DNA of 63,797 nt from Thecamonas trahens ATCC 50062 (GCF_000142905.1 NW_013657627.1:66543-130339); one strand, 5' to 3'; positions 50,837-61,361 are shown, counted from the stretch's first letter. Notes: generated by a model not told the origin, from the letters alone. Made by a program: numbers and translations.

Positions 50837-53800
50837 TCACGCAAACAAATTCCGCCCGTCGACACCTGCAGACCGGTTGAGTCCGCTGTGGATTGGACTC
50901 ACGCATCCGCGCGACCGCGACCGCGAACCCGACCGCGACCCTGATCGCGACCGCGACCGCGACAATGAGCCTGTTCTCACCGCAAGCTGTGGCGCGTTGC
51001 GTCGTCGTCCGCCGCGCCGCCGAGTCGCCTGCTTGCCGTCCTCAGTCATCGCCTCAGAGACCGATCGGCCCATGTTGCCCTGGCTGCGGGAACAGCTGCG
51101 GGAGCGGGAGCGACTCATCGCCTCGGCCTCGTCCACGCTTGTGTACTGCGATGCGCCCGAGATGCTGATCGCAAGGTGCGCCGCAGACGCGCTCCGGGCT
51201 CCGCCGCCAGCTTCGGTCGACGATGATGACGACGACTGCACCGGACTCGGCATCTCGCCCAACACTGTCATCGGCGCTACATCCTCCATCGCCACCACAT
51301 GAGCCTCGCGCGCCGCCTCCGAATCGCCTTCGAGCGCTGCCACAATCCGCTCCACCTCGCGCTGTAGCCGGCCCGTCGCCTCAATGTCTTGCACTTCAGC
51401 GAGCAGGCTATCTGCCAATTGATGGCGCCGTTCCTTGGCCATCGAGTACGTGTCGGCTCGCGCCTGCACAATGAGCCACACGTCCTTCGCCACCGCCCAC
51501 ACAGAGACCAGGGCAAGCGCCACCACGGCAATAATCGCCATCCAGTCGCCCACTGTGTTGTCCGCAGTCGTCGCCCGCTCCGCGTACGCGCCGGTCCCCA
51601 GAATGAGAATGGCAATGAGAATCGTGTTGAGGTACACGTCCACCGTGTTATACAGCGGATGGTAGTACGGCCGCACTCTCAGCACCATCCCGGTCCATGC
51701 CAGGAAAATCGCAAGCATCAGCCCAATCTGCACCATCTGCGAGTCGGAGAAAAACGTCGCCGTTACCACAAGGCCCAGCCGCTTGCCGAGATTGCCCACC
51801 TCACCGAGGTAGAACACAGACCGGTACAGGCGGTACAGTGGGCCCAGCCGCGCCATCATTGCATCGCTTGTCGCCAGACTCGCCCGTGCTTGATACAACG
51901 AAATGGCAAAGTAGACCGGAAGCCCAAGGACAAACAACGCGCACGACGCCAGCGACACCGGGAACACGCCCCACCACGAGGCGTCAAAGCATGACACTCC
52001 CGGGTCAACGTCGAGCACAAACGCGCCGTTCGGAAGCTTGGTGCAGTCAAACAGGACAAGCGTCGCCTTGGAGAGCGGAATGTACAGCAGCGGCGTGATC
52101 GAGAACAGCGCAGACTCACACACCGTCCGCAGCGGGAGCACCACCAGCGGGGAAAACGGCCCGCGGCCCACAAGGCGACACACAAGCGCAACAATCACCC
52201 CAACCACAATGATCGCCACAGGCGCTGCCATCGACACAAGGTACTTGGTGTGAAAGCTGTCCAGCGCGCACTCGGATGCAAACAACGAGATGTCGATGTT
52301 GAACGCGGAGAACCCGCCGAGCACTTGGCTTGCTCGCGACGACCACGCAAACTTGGACCCCGCCAGAATGCCCACAACCTGGAACGCCACAAGGACCATC
52401 GACACCGTCGCCGGCGTCGAAATCCGTCGAAACTCGCGGATTCGCGTCAGCTGCGCAGCCTCTGAACTCAGGTTTGCCGCAGACGAGTTGGTCGCCGCCG
52501 CCCGCCGCGCAGACCGCGACTGCATCAGCGCCAGGCAAACGCCCACGCCCGATGACGCCACCGCAAGCCCAATCGCAAACTGCACAAACGTCGAGCTCGC
52601 CGTCGGCGGGCACGTCCGACACTCGCCGTCCGTGTCAGAGTAAAAGCCTTTGGTGCACGAGTTGCACATGTAGCCCTCGTACCCGATTGCGCACCCGCCG
52701 GCTCCGCCGGGGCACCCAGCCGTCCGCCGGCACCGCACAAACGTGAGGTTGCCTGCGTCGTAGAACCCAACCTGCGGTACAGGCTGGGCCACTCCGCCGG
52801 CGCAGCTGGCTCCCGCCCGGCACTCCTCGCACGCCACGTCTGTCAAGCCGCTTGGCGCGAAGAATCCCACCTCGCACTCGCACGCAGACGTCCCGTTGAT
52901 GCTCGTCACTCGTAGCGTGTTGGCCGGGCAGCCCGCCACCGCCTCGCACGGCGCCATCGATGTCGCGCCGGCGCTTGTCCCGAGCGCGCACACAGAGCAA
53001 ACAAGCACGCTCTCTCCACTGCCGTCGTTCGTCGTCGCAACTGCGCCCGAGCCTGGTCCGCACCCATCAATGCGCACGCTGCCGCTCAGCCCAGTCACAC
53101 TCTCTCCTGCCGACAGGCTCCACGTCGTCGAAAGCGGGAGCGTATCCTGCCCTGCAACCCCAACCTGCAGCGTCAGCCGCGGCATCGCCGTCTTGGCCGA
53201 GCTCAAGCTCGTCGTACTCGTTCCGGCAGTGTACAGGCCGGGCACCGCCGCAAAGGATAGCACAGGCTCCACCCCCGGCTCGATCATGCTCTGACCGAGC
53301 CAGTCCTCGCCATGAAACTCAAGCTCCAGGCCTGATCCGGGCTCCACAACCTGTGTCGCTGCCGCAGCCGCCACGTCTACAGCACGGAGCGCGGTCAACG
53401 GCCCGCCCACGCTCCCACTGCTGGTTGCGGCTTCAGCTGCCGCGTCCATCCGGATCCATGGCAGCATCGATGCCGGCGTCCGGCTCACCGCCACGCTCGT
53501 GCTGCTCCAACGGCAGACAAAACCGTCTTGCCTCAGCCCGTCGCGCACGTTGCCATCCCACGTCGTCGCAGAGCCGATCACGTCCACAGCTCCACCGCAT
53601 GCAAAAATTCCGCCGCCGACCCGGTCCGCCACATTGTTTCGCAGCGTCACGCCCGAGAGCGTCACCAGCGTCGTGTTGGCGCCCACTGCAGCCAGTCCAT
53701 TGCCAGCAAGCGTGCTCGATACAATCGGTAAGTCCACAGACCGTGTTGAGCTCGCCACCGCGCTTGCCAGGCTGCTCTGCACAACCCCGATGCCGCCGCC

Positions 53801-56800
53801 AAAGCCGGCCACGTTGGACTCGAGCGTGGCGCCCACAACCTCGGCCTTGGCGTCGCCGTCGATGGCAAGCCCGCCGCCCCAGCCAGAGCCCAGCGCCGTG
53901 TTAGCCGACACGCTCGAGCTGCTCGTCACAGACACGCTCGCTGCCCGTGCCACTCGAATTCCGCCACCGAGGCCGGCAATGCACCCGGAAATCTGCCCGT
54001 TCTCAACCGTCGCGCTCGCAGACGAGGTCACAAGAATCGCCCCACCCTCGCTCGCCGAACAGCCCGAGACCACCGAGTCGCGAACGATGACCGAAGAGCC
54101 GGCGCCGGCCGCGTACAGGGCGCCGCCAGAAAATGCCGCACTGGAGCCTGAGATGGATGACCCAGCCAGAAGCTGTACGCTTCCGCCGCCTTTGGCCAGC
54201 ATGGCGCCGCCAAACCCGACGTCGATGAGGTCTCCGGTCACGTCGCGCGCCTTGGACTCGCACTGCGCCATTGTCGAGCCCTCGAGTGCAATAACCGATC
54301 CGCTGCCCTCGGCTCGGAGCGTTGGTGCGCCGTACAGCGACGCGCGGCCTGTCGAGCCGCCGACCACCGCCACAGACTTGAGCACAACATTGCCGGCTCC
54401 CGGCCAGGTCCGCGACAACACGCTCGTCTCTTTCATCGCACGAAACAGCACACCGTCGCCGTTGCAGTCAAAGATCGCAGTCGGCGATGCGCCTGACGGG
54501 CCAACAATCGTCACCGCATGCTTGATTTGCCCGTGCGCGCCCACACCACAGCTGTACGTGGCCGCCGGAAGCTCAATAGTGTCACGGACGCACCGCGATG
54601 CTCCGCCCACGTTGGCCCGCACACAGGCAAACCCGTTCGCCAAGCCTTTGGTGCATCCCAGCAGCTGCTTCGAGAACGAACGTACCTTTGGCTGGTACGC
54701 AAACGCTCCAGTCCGAGTCGCTGCCAGAAGACCAACAAGATTGTTCATCGTGTCGACAACGAGCATGTCAGCGTCGCCGTCGGCGTCCCAGTCGGCCATC
54801 GCTGCCTCACTCGTCATGTGGCTGAGGTACACGTCCTGGTCACGAGCAAAGCTGCCGAGCCCTGCGTCAAAGACAAACAGCGTCGACTGAGTAGCCACGC
54901 TCGAAGCAACTACAAGATCAAGATCGCCGTCGCCGTCGACATCACCGAGCACGGGACTCGCCGCGCCTGCATAGGTATCGGATACAGTTTGTCCAACCCA
55001 AGCGCTGCCGCCGCTGGGCACATTGCGGAACCACGCAATCGAGTTCTCCAGCTTGTTGACGCCGACCACGTCGATCGTGCCGTCATTGTTGACGTCGCCG
55101 ACAACCACAGACGTCACGTTGAAGGCGCCCGTCGAAACGGCCTGCGCCGTGCCAAAGCCCGCACCGGTGTTGGCGTGCCAGGCCACCGACTGCGTCGCCG
55201 CCACGCACACGACCACGTCATAATCGCCGTCGTTGTCGATGTCAGCGACCGCGCCCGTGTCGGCCTCAACTGTGGCAACAGCATTGCCGCTACTCCACAT
55301 TGCGCCAGTGCCTGCCACATTGGCGGTCCACTCGACTGTGGAAAGGTAAGAGAGGACAATGTCTGCGTCGCCGTCGCCATCCATGTCAGCCACGTCCATC
55401 CAACGAACGGTGAAGCCTTCGCCGATGTTGTAGCCGCCGGCGGAACGAGAAAAGGTGCCTGCAGCATCGACATTCTCGAACCAGACCACGCTTGGGGTAG
55501 CGGCAACGACAACGTCAAGATCACCGTCGCCGTCCATGTCGGCCACAGCCACCGCGGCAGGCGACGTGACCATGCTGGGCAACTCTGAACCGGTGCCAAA
55601 CATGCCGTTGGCCGTGTTGCGATAAACCATGGCCCGCGACTCTGAAGCTGAGACCACGACCGCGTCGATGAGACCGTCACCGTCAACGTCGCCAAACGCC
55701 ATGTCGATCACCCCAGCACCGTCCGAGTCGCTCAATGTGATTGGATAAAAGCTCCGGAGCTTGCGTTCTCCATCGGTGCGTAGAACCAGTGTGGCAGTGG
55801 TGGCTGATACCGCGTCCGTGTTGACAGCCACTGTGTCAGTTCGTCCGTCGCCGTCGACGTCGGCAAATGCCGGCCGAGTAATGTCCAAGCCCGTGGCGAG
55901 CGGTTGCGGAATAGAAAAGCCAATACCCGACGTCGAAAGATAGCCCAGAAGTGAGACGAGACTGCCAGTCGGGCTCCCAAACGAAATTATCACGTCCGGC
56001 ATTCCGTCGCCATTGACGTCGCTGAGCGAGATTGCCCGAGCGTTGCCACCCACAGTGCTCAGTTCCAACGAGGCTCTGTCAAAGGCGGTGCCGCTGGAGC
56101 CGTCAAGCGCAAGGAACCAAGTCAGGGTACCAGTGGATGGATGAACGGCAACAAGATCGATGTCGCCGTCGTTGTCCATGTCGCCAGCGTCGAGGACATG
56201 GACAAAGAACGAGCTGGCAACAACAACCATGGCGTCGGTCGACCATCCGTTGAGTGACGCAACGTAGGGGATCCATCCCAGTGATGTGTTCTGTGGCATC
56301 GGAACGACCGCGTCGAGCAAGCTGTCGCCGTTCATATCAGCCAGGATGACCTTGTCGACAAACATGCCCGGGATAGTAATGCTGGTCTCGGCAAAGACGC
56401 CACCGCCGGTGTTACGGAGCAGAGCGATAGTGTGGCTCGCCGAAATCACAACGACCAAATCGGTCAGGGAGTCATCGTCCACGTCGGCTGCGTACAGCCG
56501 CTCTGCGTTGGTGAGACCAGTTGCCAGCGCTGCACCGAGCAAGAAGGTCGGCTGCACCTCGCCCTGGTTGACGTACACCTCGACATCACCGGAAATGAGA
56601 AAGGCAACATCGAGATCGCCGCTATCGTCGACGTCAATAAGCGCTGCGTCCTTGACGCTGCCAAGCGAAGTCGAGGAGATGCCGCGACGCGACCCAAACG
56701 AGGCTTCGCCTGCCACCCCCTTGTACCAGAACAGCCCGTGCGAGTCCGGTGCGGCGTCGGCAATGACAATGTCAGCCACTCCGTCACCATCTATGTCTCC

Positions 56801-58249
56801 AACGAGCGGTACAAACGAGGCCCGAGACGGCGCAGCGAGGACATCAGCAACCACCCAAGACATGCCCGGGACTCTGTCAATGAGCTGCGCCGCGCCAGCG
56901 TTGCTGTCGGTGTAGGCGGCTACAACCGATGGAAGCGGACCCGCCCCAATCACGCCAACCGCCACACCCGTGATAGAAGGGGAGCCTGTGTCGAACAGCG
57001 CCGGATCCGTGTCGCCGAGAAACTGGATGGCGTCAAACCGCAAGTACTGGACAGCAGACCCGTCACCAATGACAAGGTCGATAAATCCATCGCCGTTGAC
57101 GTCGTAAAGAGCCGGCCTGGCAGTAGACTTGGAGGTAAACGTTTGGCTGTCGACAAACATGCGACCGCCAGAGAACCTAGCCCACCGCAGATCGCCATTT
57201 CGTGATGTGTAGACCACACCGGTCTCACTCGGCGTCAGCTGGCCGGCCACCATGTTGCCTGCGGAAGTGATGCCGGGAGCATTTTGCGCCTCGCACGGTT
57301 CCGGAGCAAGCGCCGGCCAGCCCATAAAGTCCACAAAGACAAGGCAGTACTCCGGTACCGGCGACGGCGTTGGATCTGGCAGGTTCTTGTACACTGCCAC
57401 GATATCGTCGTCACCATCTGCGTCAAAGTCAAAGGCCACAGCCAGCATCATGTACTCAATAGACGCCCCCAACGAGACGTAATTGTTGAGCGAATACGGA
57501 AAGGTATGGAGCGGGCTCTGAAAGGCCAAAAGCAGTCGGTTGTCGCCCTCTTGTGAGGCGAGCAGCAGATCTGTCCGCGAGTCACCGTTAAAATCACCAA
57601 CGTCCAGTGAGACTTCGTTGAACATGACGCCTTCCCAGGCGTACAACGGGGCGGTGGCAAATACACCCTCGCCGAGATTGCGGTAGATGGAGAGCTTGTC
57701 GGCACCCATGGTGGCGAGCAGAACATCGTTGTAGCCATCATCATCAAAGTCGACCAGCTTGAAGACGGCCAAATTGCCCGAATCAAGAGTGAGGGCCACG
57801 ACTGGATTTCTAAAGCCATCGAGGACAGGCGAGTAAGGCAACCAGACGATCTGAGCCTTGTGAGAACCAGGCCGGTCAGCAACCAAGACAGCATCAAGCC
57901 ATCCATCACCATCCACATCCGCCAGAAGCACATCATTTGGTTTGTACGCATCAGCAATGACAGTCTGCGGAAGATCGATTTCTGCCGTACAAGCCGAGAG
58001 AGCTGGCATGTCCGCCAGAGGCCCTCCCACCACAGTGATGGCTGACACTGGCGAGTCCAGTGGCAGCAGGAGGAGGAGGAGGAGAAGGAGTGTGTGTGCC
58101 AACCAAGTCGCCGAACCAGAGGCGGCCGCCAGTGTTCGAGACTGAGGGAGGGGAGGAAGAAAGAGATGGGGTAAGTGGGTGGGTGGGTGTGCATGGAAGA
58201 GGGAGATGAGGTCTGGGGGGGGGCAGGGGGGGGGGCGTACCTTGTGCAT
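50837..58249 (-). CDS. Giant surface protein: signal peptide, many FG-GAP/VCBS repeats, Pmp-like beta-helix, Cys-rich repeats, multipass C-terminal membrane domain
   Basis: More than 15 DxDGDGxxD motifs; GGA(I/L)/N repeats; CxxC..G clusters; about 8 hydrophobic helices with FQVV, FDC...C, LY..YR, RPY motifs. Probable in-frame intron 58240-58142 (GTACGC...TCAG). Confidence 0.85.
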   Translation of the reverse strand: MHKVRPPPCPPPDLISLFHAHPPTHLPHLFLPPLPQSRTLAAASGSATWLAHTLLLLLLLLLPLDSPVSAITVVGGPLADMPALSACTAEIDLPQTVIADAYKPNDVLLADVDGDGWLDAVLVADRPGSHKAQIVWLPYSPVLDGFRNPVVALTLDSGNLAVFKLVDFDDDGYNDVLLATMGADKLSIYRNLGEGVFATAPLYAWEGVMFNEVSLDVGDFNGDSRTDLLLASQEGDNRLLLAFQSPLHTFPYSLNNYVSLGASIEYMMLAVAFDFDADGDDDIVAVYKNLPDPTPSPVPEYCLVFVDFMGWPALAPEPCEAQNAPGITSAGNMVAGQLTPSETGVVYTSRNGDLRWARFSGGRMFVDSQTFTSKSTARPALYDVNGDGFIDLVIGDGSAVQYLRFDAIQFLGDTDPALFDTGSPSITGVAVGVIGAGPLPSVVAAYTDSNAGAAQLIDRVPGMSWVVADVLAAPSRASFVPLVGDIDGDGVADIVIADAAPDSHGLFWYKGVAGEASFGSRRGISSTSLGSVKDAALIDVDDSGDLDVAFLISGDVEVYVNQGEVQPTFLLGAALATGLTNAERLYAADVDDDSLTDLVVVISASHTIALLRNTGGGVFAETSITIPGMFVDKVILADMNGDSLLDAVVPMPQNTSLGWIPYVASLNGWSTDAMVVVASSFFVHVLDAGDMDNDGDIDLVAVHPSTGTLTWFLALDGSSGTAFDRASLELSTVGGNARAISLSDVNGDGMPDVIISFGSPTGSLVSLLGYLSTSGIGFSIPQPLATGLDITRPAFADVDGDGRTDTVAVNTDAVSATTATLVLRTDGERKLRSFYPITLSDSDGAGVIDMAFGDVDGDGLIDAVVVSASESRAMVYRNTANGMFGTGSELPSMVTSPAAVAVADMDGDGDLDVVVAATPSVVWFENVDAAGTFSRSAGGYNIGEGFTVRWMDVADMDGDGDADIVLSYLSTVEWTANVAGTGAMWSSGNAVATVEADTGAVADIDNDGDYDVVVCVAATQSVAWHANTGAGFGTAQAVSTGAFNVTSVVVGDVNNDGTIDVVGVNKLENSIAWFRNVPSGGSAWVGQTVSDTYAGAASPVLGDVDGDGDLDLVVASSVATQSTLFVFDAGLGSFARDQDVYLSHMTSEAAMADWDADGDADMLVVDTMNNLVGLLAATRTGAFAYQPKVRSFSKQLLGCTKGLANGFACVRANVGGASRCVRDTIELPAATYSCGVGAHGQIKHAVTIVGPSGASPTAIFDCNGDGVLFRAMKETSVLSRTWPGAGNVVLKSVAVVGGSTGRASLYGAPTLRAEGSGSVIALEGSTMAQCESKARDVTGDLIDVGFGGAMLAKGGGSVQLLAGSSISGSSAAFSGGALYAAGAGSSVIVRDSVVSGCSASEGGAILVTSSASATVENGQISGCIAGLGGGIRVARAASVSVTSSSSVSANTALGSGWGGGLAIDGDAKAEVVGATLESNVAGFGGGIGVVQSSLASAVASSTRSVDLPIVSSTLAGNGLAAVGANTTLVTLSGVTLRNNVADRVGGGIFACGGAVDVIGSATTWDGNVRDGLRQDGFVCRWSSTSVAVSRTPASMLPWIRMDAAAEAATSSGSVGGPLTALRAVDVAAAAATQVVEPGSGLELEFHGEDWLGQSMIEPGVEPVLSFAAVPGLYTAGTSTTSLSSAKTAMPRLTLQVGVAGQDTLPLSTTWSLSAGESVTGLSGSVRIDGCGPGSGAVATTNDGSGESVLVCSVCALGTSAGATSMAPCEAVAGCPANTLRVTSINGTSACECEVGFFAPSGLTDVACEECRAGASCAGGVAQPVPQVGFYDAGNLTFVRCRRTAGCPGGAGGCAIGYEGYMCNSCTKGFYSDTDGECRTCPPTASSTFVQFAIGLAVASSGVGVCLALMQSRSARRAAATNSSAANLSSEAAQLTRIREFRRISTPATVSMVLVAFQVVGILAGSKFAWSSRASQVLGGFSAFNIDISLFASECALDSFHTKYLVSMAAPVAIIVVGVIVALVCRLVGRGPFSPLVVLPLRTVCESALFSITPLLYIPLSKATLVLFDCTKLPNGAFVLDVDPGVSCFDASWWGVFPVSLASCALFVLGLPVYFAISLYQARASLATSDAMMARLGPLYRLYRSVFYLGEVGNLGKRLGLVVTATFFSDSQMVQIGLMLAIFLAWTGMVLRVRPYYHPLYNTVDVYLNTILIAILILGTGAYAERATTADNTVGDWMAIIAVVALALVSVWAVAKDVWLIVQARADTYSMAKERRHQLADSLLAEVQDIEATGRLQREVERIVAALEGDSEAAREAHVVAMEDVAPMTVLGEMPSPVQSSSSSSTEAGGGARSASAAHLAISISGASQYTSVDEAEAMSRSRSRSCSRSQGNMGRSVSEAMTEDGKQATRRRGGRRRNAPQLAVRTGSLSRSRSRSGSRSGSRSRSRGCVSPIHSGLNRSAGVDGRNLFA

Positions 58250-58453
58250 GGGGGTAGGGGGGGTAGGAGGGAGGTGGTGAGTGGGTGGCGGGAAAGTTGG
58301 TGACGGCTAACTCTAATTCGCGAGGGGGGGGGCGGGGGATGCGGGCACGCGTGGGTACACCCGCATCAACTCTGACGGCGTGATTTGATCGCGTTGTGGC
58401 ATTGGTGATGCAGGCAGGTTTCAAGTCGTTGCGTAAGGGGAGGGGGGGGGGGC

Positions 58454-61168
58454 TTAGGCAGCAGCATCAAAGAGCTTGCCGATGCGGGCTTGCTTAAAGT
58501 CGGCGCGCTGCTGGACGTAGCTGAGAATGGTCTTGCGGTCGAGACGGGCGAGCTCGCCTTCAGAGGCGACGCCCGGAAGGTTGTGCGGAGCAACGAGAAA
58601 GAGGTTGCCAAGCTCGCGGAGCATGACAAACTCGGCGTCGACTTCGTCAAGCTCAAAGGTGGCAAGCGCAGCCTGGTAGCCCTGCAGATCGTTGAGGAGG
58701 CGGAGGGCGCCAAACTCGGTGTACTTGAACCGCTTGATGTGGCGAAGAAGAACTTCGATGGCGCCGTTGCCGAGCTCGCGGAGCATGCGGGCGGCGTTGG
58801 CCGGGTCGAGGCGTGAGCGTAGGAGTGCTGCGGTCCGCTCCAGAAACGCTGTGCCTGCGGCGCAGGCAGCGGTCTTCTGCGCAGTGAGCATCATGGCCGA
58901 GTCGTCGTCAGACTTGGGCGCATAGTCTGCCGAGAGCTGGGCGTCCTCGAGCAGGGCCTTAAAGTGCGAGACAAGGGCGATGAGGCCGGTGGTGAGGCCG
59001 GAATTGAGGCCGGCCTCGAGGGCAGCGAGCGTTTGGTTCTTACGCTCGACGCAGATGGTGCGGACGTTGACCGCAGAGTCGATGGCCGGGAGGACAAAGG
59101 TGGCAAAGTGAGCCTGCAGCAGACGGGCAATGTGGGTGACTCGTGAGACGACGACGAGGAAGAGCTCGAGCTGCGGCTCATCGCTAGCGCTCGAACGATC
59201 CGGTAGCTCCATTTGGACAGCCTCAATCGAGCGGCGGACGTACTTGCGCCCGAGATAGAAGAGGAGCGACATGAAGAGCTGCTGGACGTTTTCGGCCTCA
59301 GTGTCAGGGAGCGAAAGGACCTGGGCTCGCTTGACGGCGTCTTCGTGGACCCGAAGCAGCGTTGAAGCGACGCGAAGCGAGACCTTGGGCGCCGGGTCGG
59401 CCGCGTCAAAGCCATCGCTGGGAACGACGACCCACGCCGCAGCCCCATTGTCGGCCTCGGCCTCGCCTCCGCTCGCCGCGCCCGAGTGGCTGCCTGGGAC
59501 GTGGACCGACGACGCAATGGTGGAGAAGAACGACTTTTTGGCCTTGGGCGCGGCGTCGACGCCGACGGCCTTGTGCTCAGCGGCGACGACGGCAGCGCAG
59601 TACTCGGACAGCGCGTAGCGCTCCTTCTCCAGATACTTGGCCTGCAGCGGGAGAAAGAACTCAGTGACCGGCTCGTCCAGTGCCGCGGCCTCGTCAGCGA
59701 GGCCGGCGGCGCTGAGCTCGTCCACCAGCCGCCGCGCCGCAGCCGCGCAGGCGTGGAGCGCCACGAGGTACTTGAGAGCCGGCGTCGGTGCCACGGGCTC
59801 ACTCTCGATTGTCGGCGCGTCCGGTACGTCCGGCGCCGCCGCTGCCGCTGCGTCAAGCAGAGCGCGAAAGGCCTTGAAGACAAGCTTGGAGAACAGGTAC
59901 CGCAGAAGCGAAGTGAGAACGCGCGAGGCAACAGTCGGAAAGACGGCGGCAACGAGCTCGCTCTCTGCGAGCGCGATGCGGACTGCGGTCCGGTGGATAG
60001 TTGCCAGCGCCTCGGGTAGCGGAGCCGTGAGCCAGTCGAGATACGCCAGCGGAGCGATGCGCTTGACGTAGAAGCACTCTTCCAGCTCGTGCGCCATGCG
60101 GTTCGAAGAGTTAAAGTGGGAAAAGGCCTCGGCAGCGGCCCGCATCGCCGCCACCTCGCCCTCGTTGTACGCCTCGCGGAACCGCATCAGCAGCGAGTCC
60201 TGCAGCTCCATCTCGGATGCCTCAATGACGCTACGGATGGAAGCCAACTGTGGCGCGTCGACGTCGCTCACCACGCGCGACAGAATCGAGACGACCTCGG
60301 CGGCTTTGCCAGCCTCGAGGTCGGCAAGCGGATGAGCGCCGTTGCCGTCTCCGGAACCGTACTCTTCAAACGCCTGCAGCATGCCCAGCAGTTCAGTAGC
60401 CGCCAGTGCGCGCTTGCGCTGCAAGTCCAGCCGGTGCAGGTGGTTGCCAATGCGGATGGCTGAAGAGCCGACAGCGTCAATGGAGCCATCCATGGTCTCA
60501 AAGGCAGAGACGGTCAAGCCAAAGTGCGAGCGCAACCTGTCCATGGCCGCGCCAAACGAGGCACCCTGTCGCTTGACCGCTGTCTCCAGTGAAACCACTT
60601 CGGCTTCGGCCTGTGCCGTCTTGCTCTGCAGCTCGTCTAGCGCCGCGTCCACTGCAGCCAATGCATCTGTGGCCTCCTCGCCATGTCCGTCGACCACCGC
60701 CGCTACATACGCGTCGAGCGAGAAGAGCTCTGGGTCAAACTCATCGCGGCTCTCGCAGCGCGAATGGCGACGATGATGTCGCCGTCGACCGCTCCGCTGC
60801 GACTGACGGCCTCCACCAGTACCAGCACCATCATGACGACCAGAACCATGACGAGATCGATGATGATGACCAACATCACGCCGAGGACGATGATCGTCAT
60901 CAACAACATTGCCATGACCATGACCAACACGGCCATCATCATCATCACCATCATTGATATTGCGGCCATCATTGACCTCACCATCCTTGTCGCTGTCGCC
61001 GTCTGTCGAGGATGCGGTAGAGGCCGACGAGTCGGCGGCGTGACGAGGGACAAGTCGCGAAGCCGGCGGAGGCGGGGTGGACGACACCGCCCTGTTCTGC
61101 CCTCCTGTGGAGGCAACAAGGCCACCAATGAACCGACGCTGTCGTCTTCTCCTTCCTGCGGAGGACAT
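58454..61168 (-). CDS. EXOC5: Exocyst complex component 5 (Sec10)
   Basis: FETMDGSIDAVGSSAIRIGNHL..LD.QRKRA, ESELVAAVF, Q.SADYAPK, TAAC, LDPAN, HIKRFKYTEFGALRLLNDL..Y, LRELGNLFLVAPHNL, YVQQRADF. Confidence 0.92.
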   Translation of the reverse strand: MSSAGRRRRQRRFIGGLVASTGGQNRAVSSTPPPPASRLVPRHAADSSASTASSTDGDSDKDGEVNDGRNINDGDDDDGRVGHGHGNVVDDDHRPRRDVGHHHRSRHGSGRHDGAGTGGGRQSQRSGRRRHHRRHSRCESRDEFDPELFSLDAYVAAVVDGHGEEATDALAAVDAALDELQSKTAQAEAEVVSLETAVKRQGASFGAAMDRLRSHFGLTVSAFETMDGSIDAVGSSAIRIGNHLHRLDLQRKRALAATELLGMLQAFEEYGSGDGNGAHPLADLEAGKAAEVVSILSRVVSDVDAPQLASIRSVIEASEMELQDSLLMRFREAYNEGEVAAMRAAAEAFSHFNSSNRMAHELEECFYVKRIAPLAYLDWLTAPLPEALATIHRTAVRIALAESELVAAVFPTVASRVLTSLLRYLFSKLVFKAFRALLDAAAAAAPDVPDAPTIESEPVAPTPALKYLVALHACAAAARRLVDELSAAGLADEAAALDEPVTEFFLPLQAKYLEKERYALSEYCAAVVAAEHKAVGVDAAPKAKKSFFSTIASSVHVPGSHSGAASGGEAEADNGAAAWVVVPSDGFDAADPAPKVSLRVASTLLRVHEDAVKRAQVLSLPDTEAENVQQLFMSLLFYLGRKYVRRSIEAVQMELPDRSSASDEPQLELFLVVVSRVTHIARLLQAHFATFVLPAIDSAVNVRTICVERKNQTLAALEAGLNSGLTTGLIALVSHFKALLEDAQLSADYAPKSDDDSAMMLTAQKTAACAAGTAFLERTAALLRSRLDPANAARMLRELGNGAIEVLLRHIKRFKYTEFGALRLLNDLQGYQAALATFELDEVDAEFVMLRELGNLFLVAPHNLPGVASEGELARLDRKTILSYVQQRADFKQARIGKLFDAAA

Positions 61169-61240
61169 GGTTGTACAGAGGTGAGGGGGTGGGGTGTGGG
61201 GGCTGCCGAAGGGCTGGGGTTGGGACGGCGAGGGAGGACA

Positions 61241-61361
61241 TGAACGATCGATTAATCGATGGGCGATTAATCGATGGCCTGGACGTGTGATTAATCGATG
61301 TCTTGAACGATCGATTAATCGATGGGTGATTAATCGATGGCCTGGACGTGTGATTAATCGA
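61241..61361. repeat. 63-bp tandem duplication carrying six GATTAATC palindromes
   Basis: Copies start at 61241 and 61304; each includes the perfect 14-bp palindrome ATCGATTAATCGAT. Confidence 0.9.

Noticed and set aside
50837-58249. Integrin alpha
   Set aside because: Has FG-GAP repeats but a multipass C-terminus and no thigh/calf-single TM-GFFKR layout
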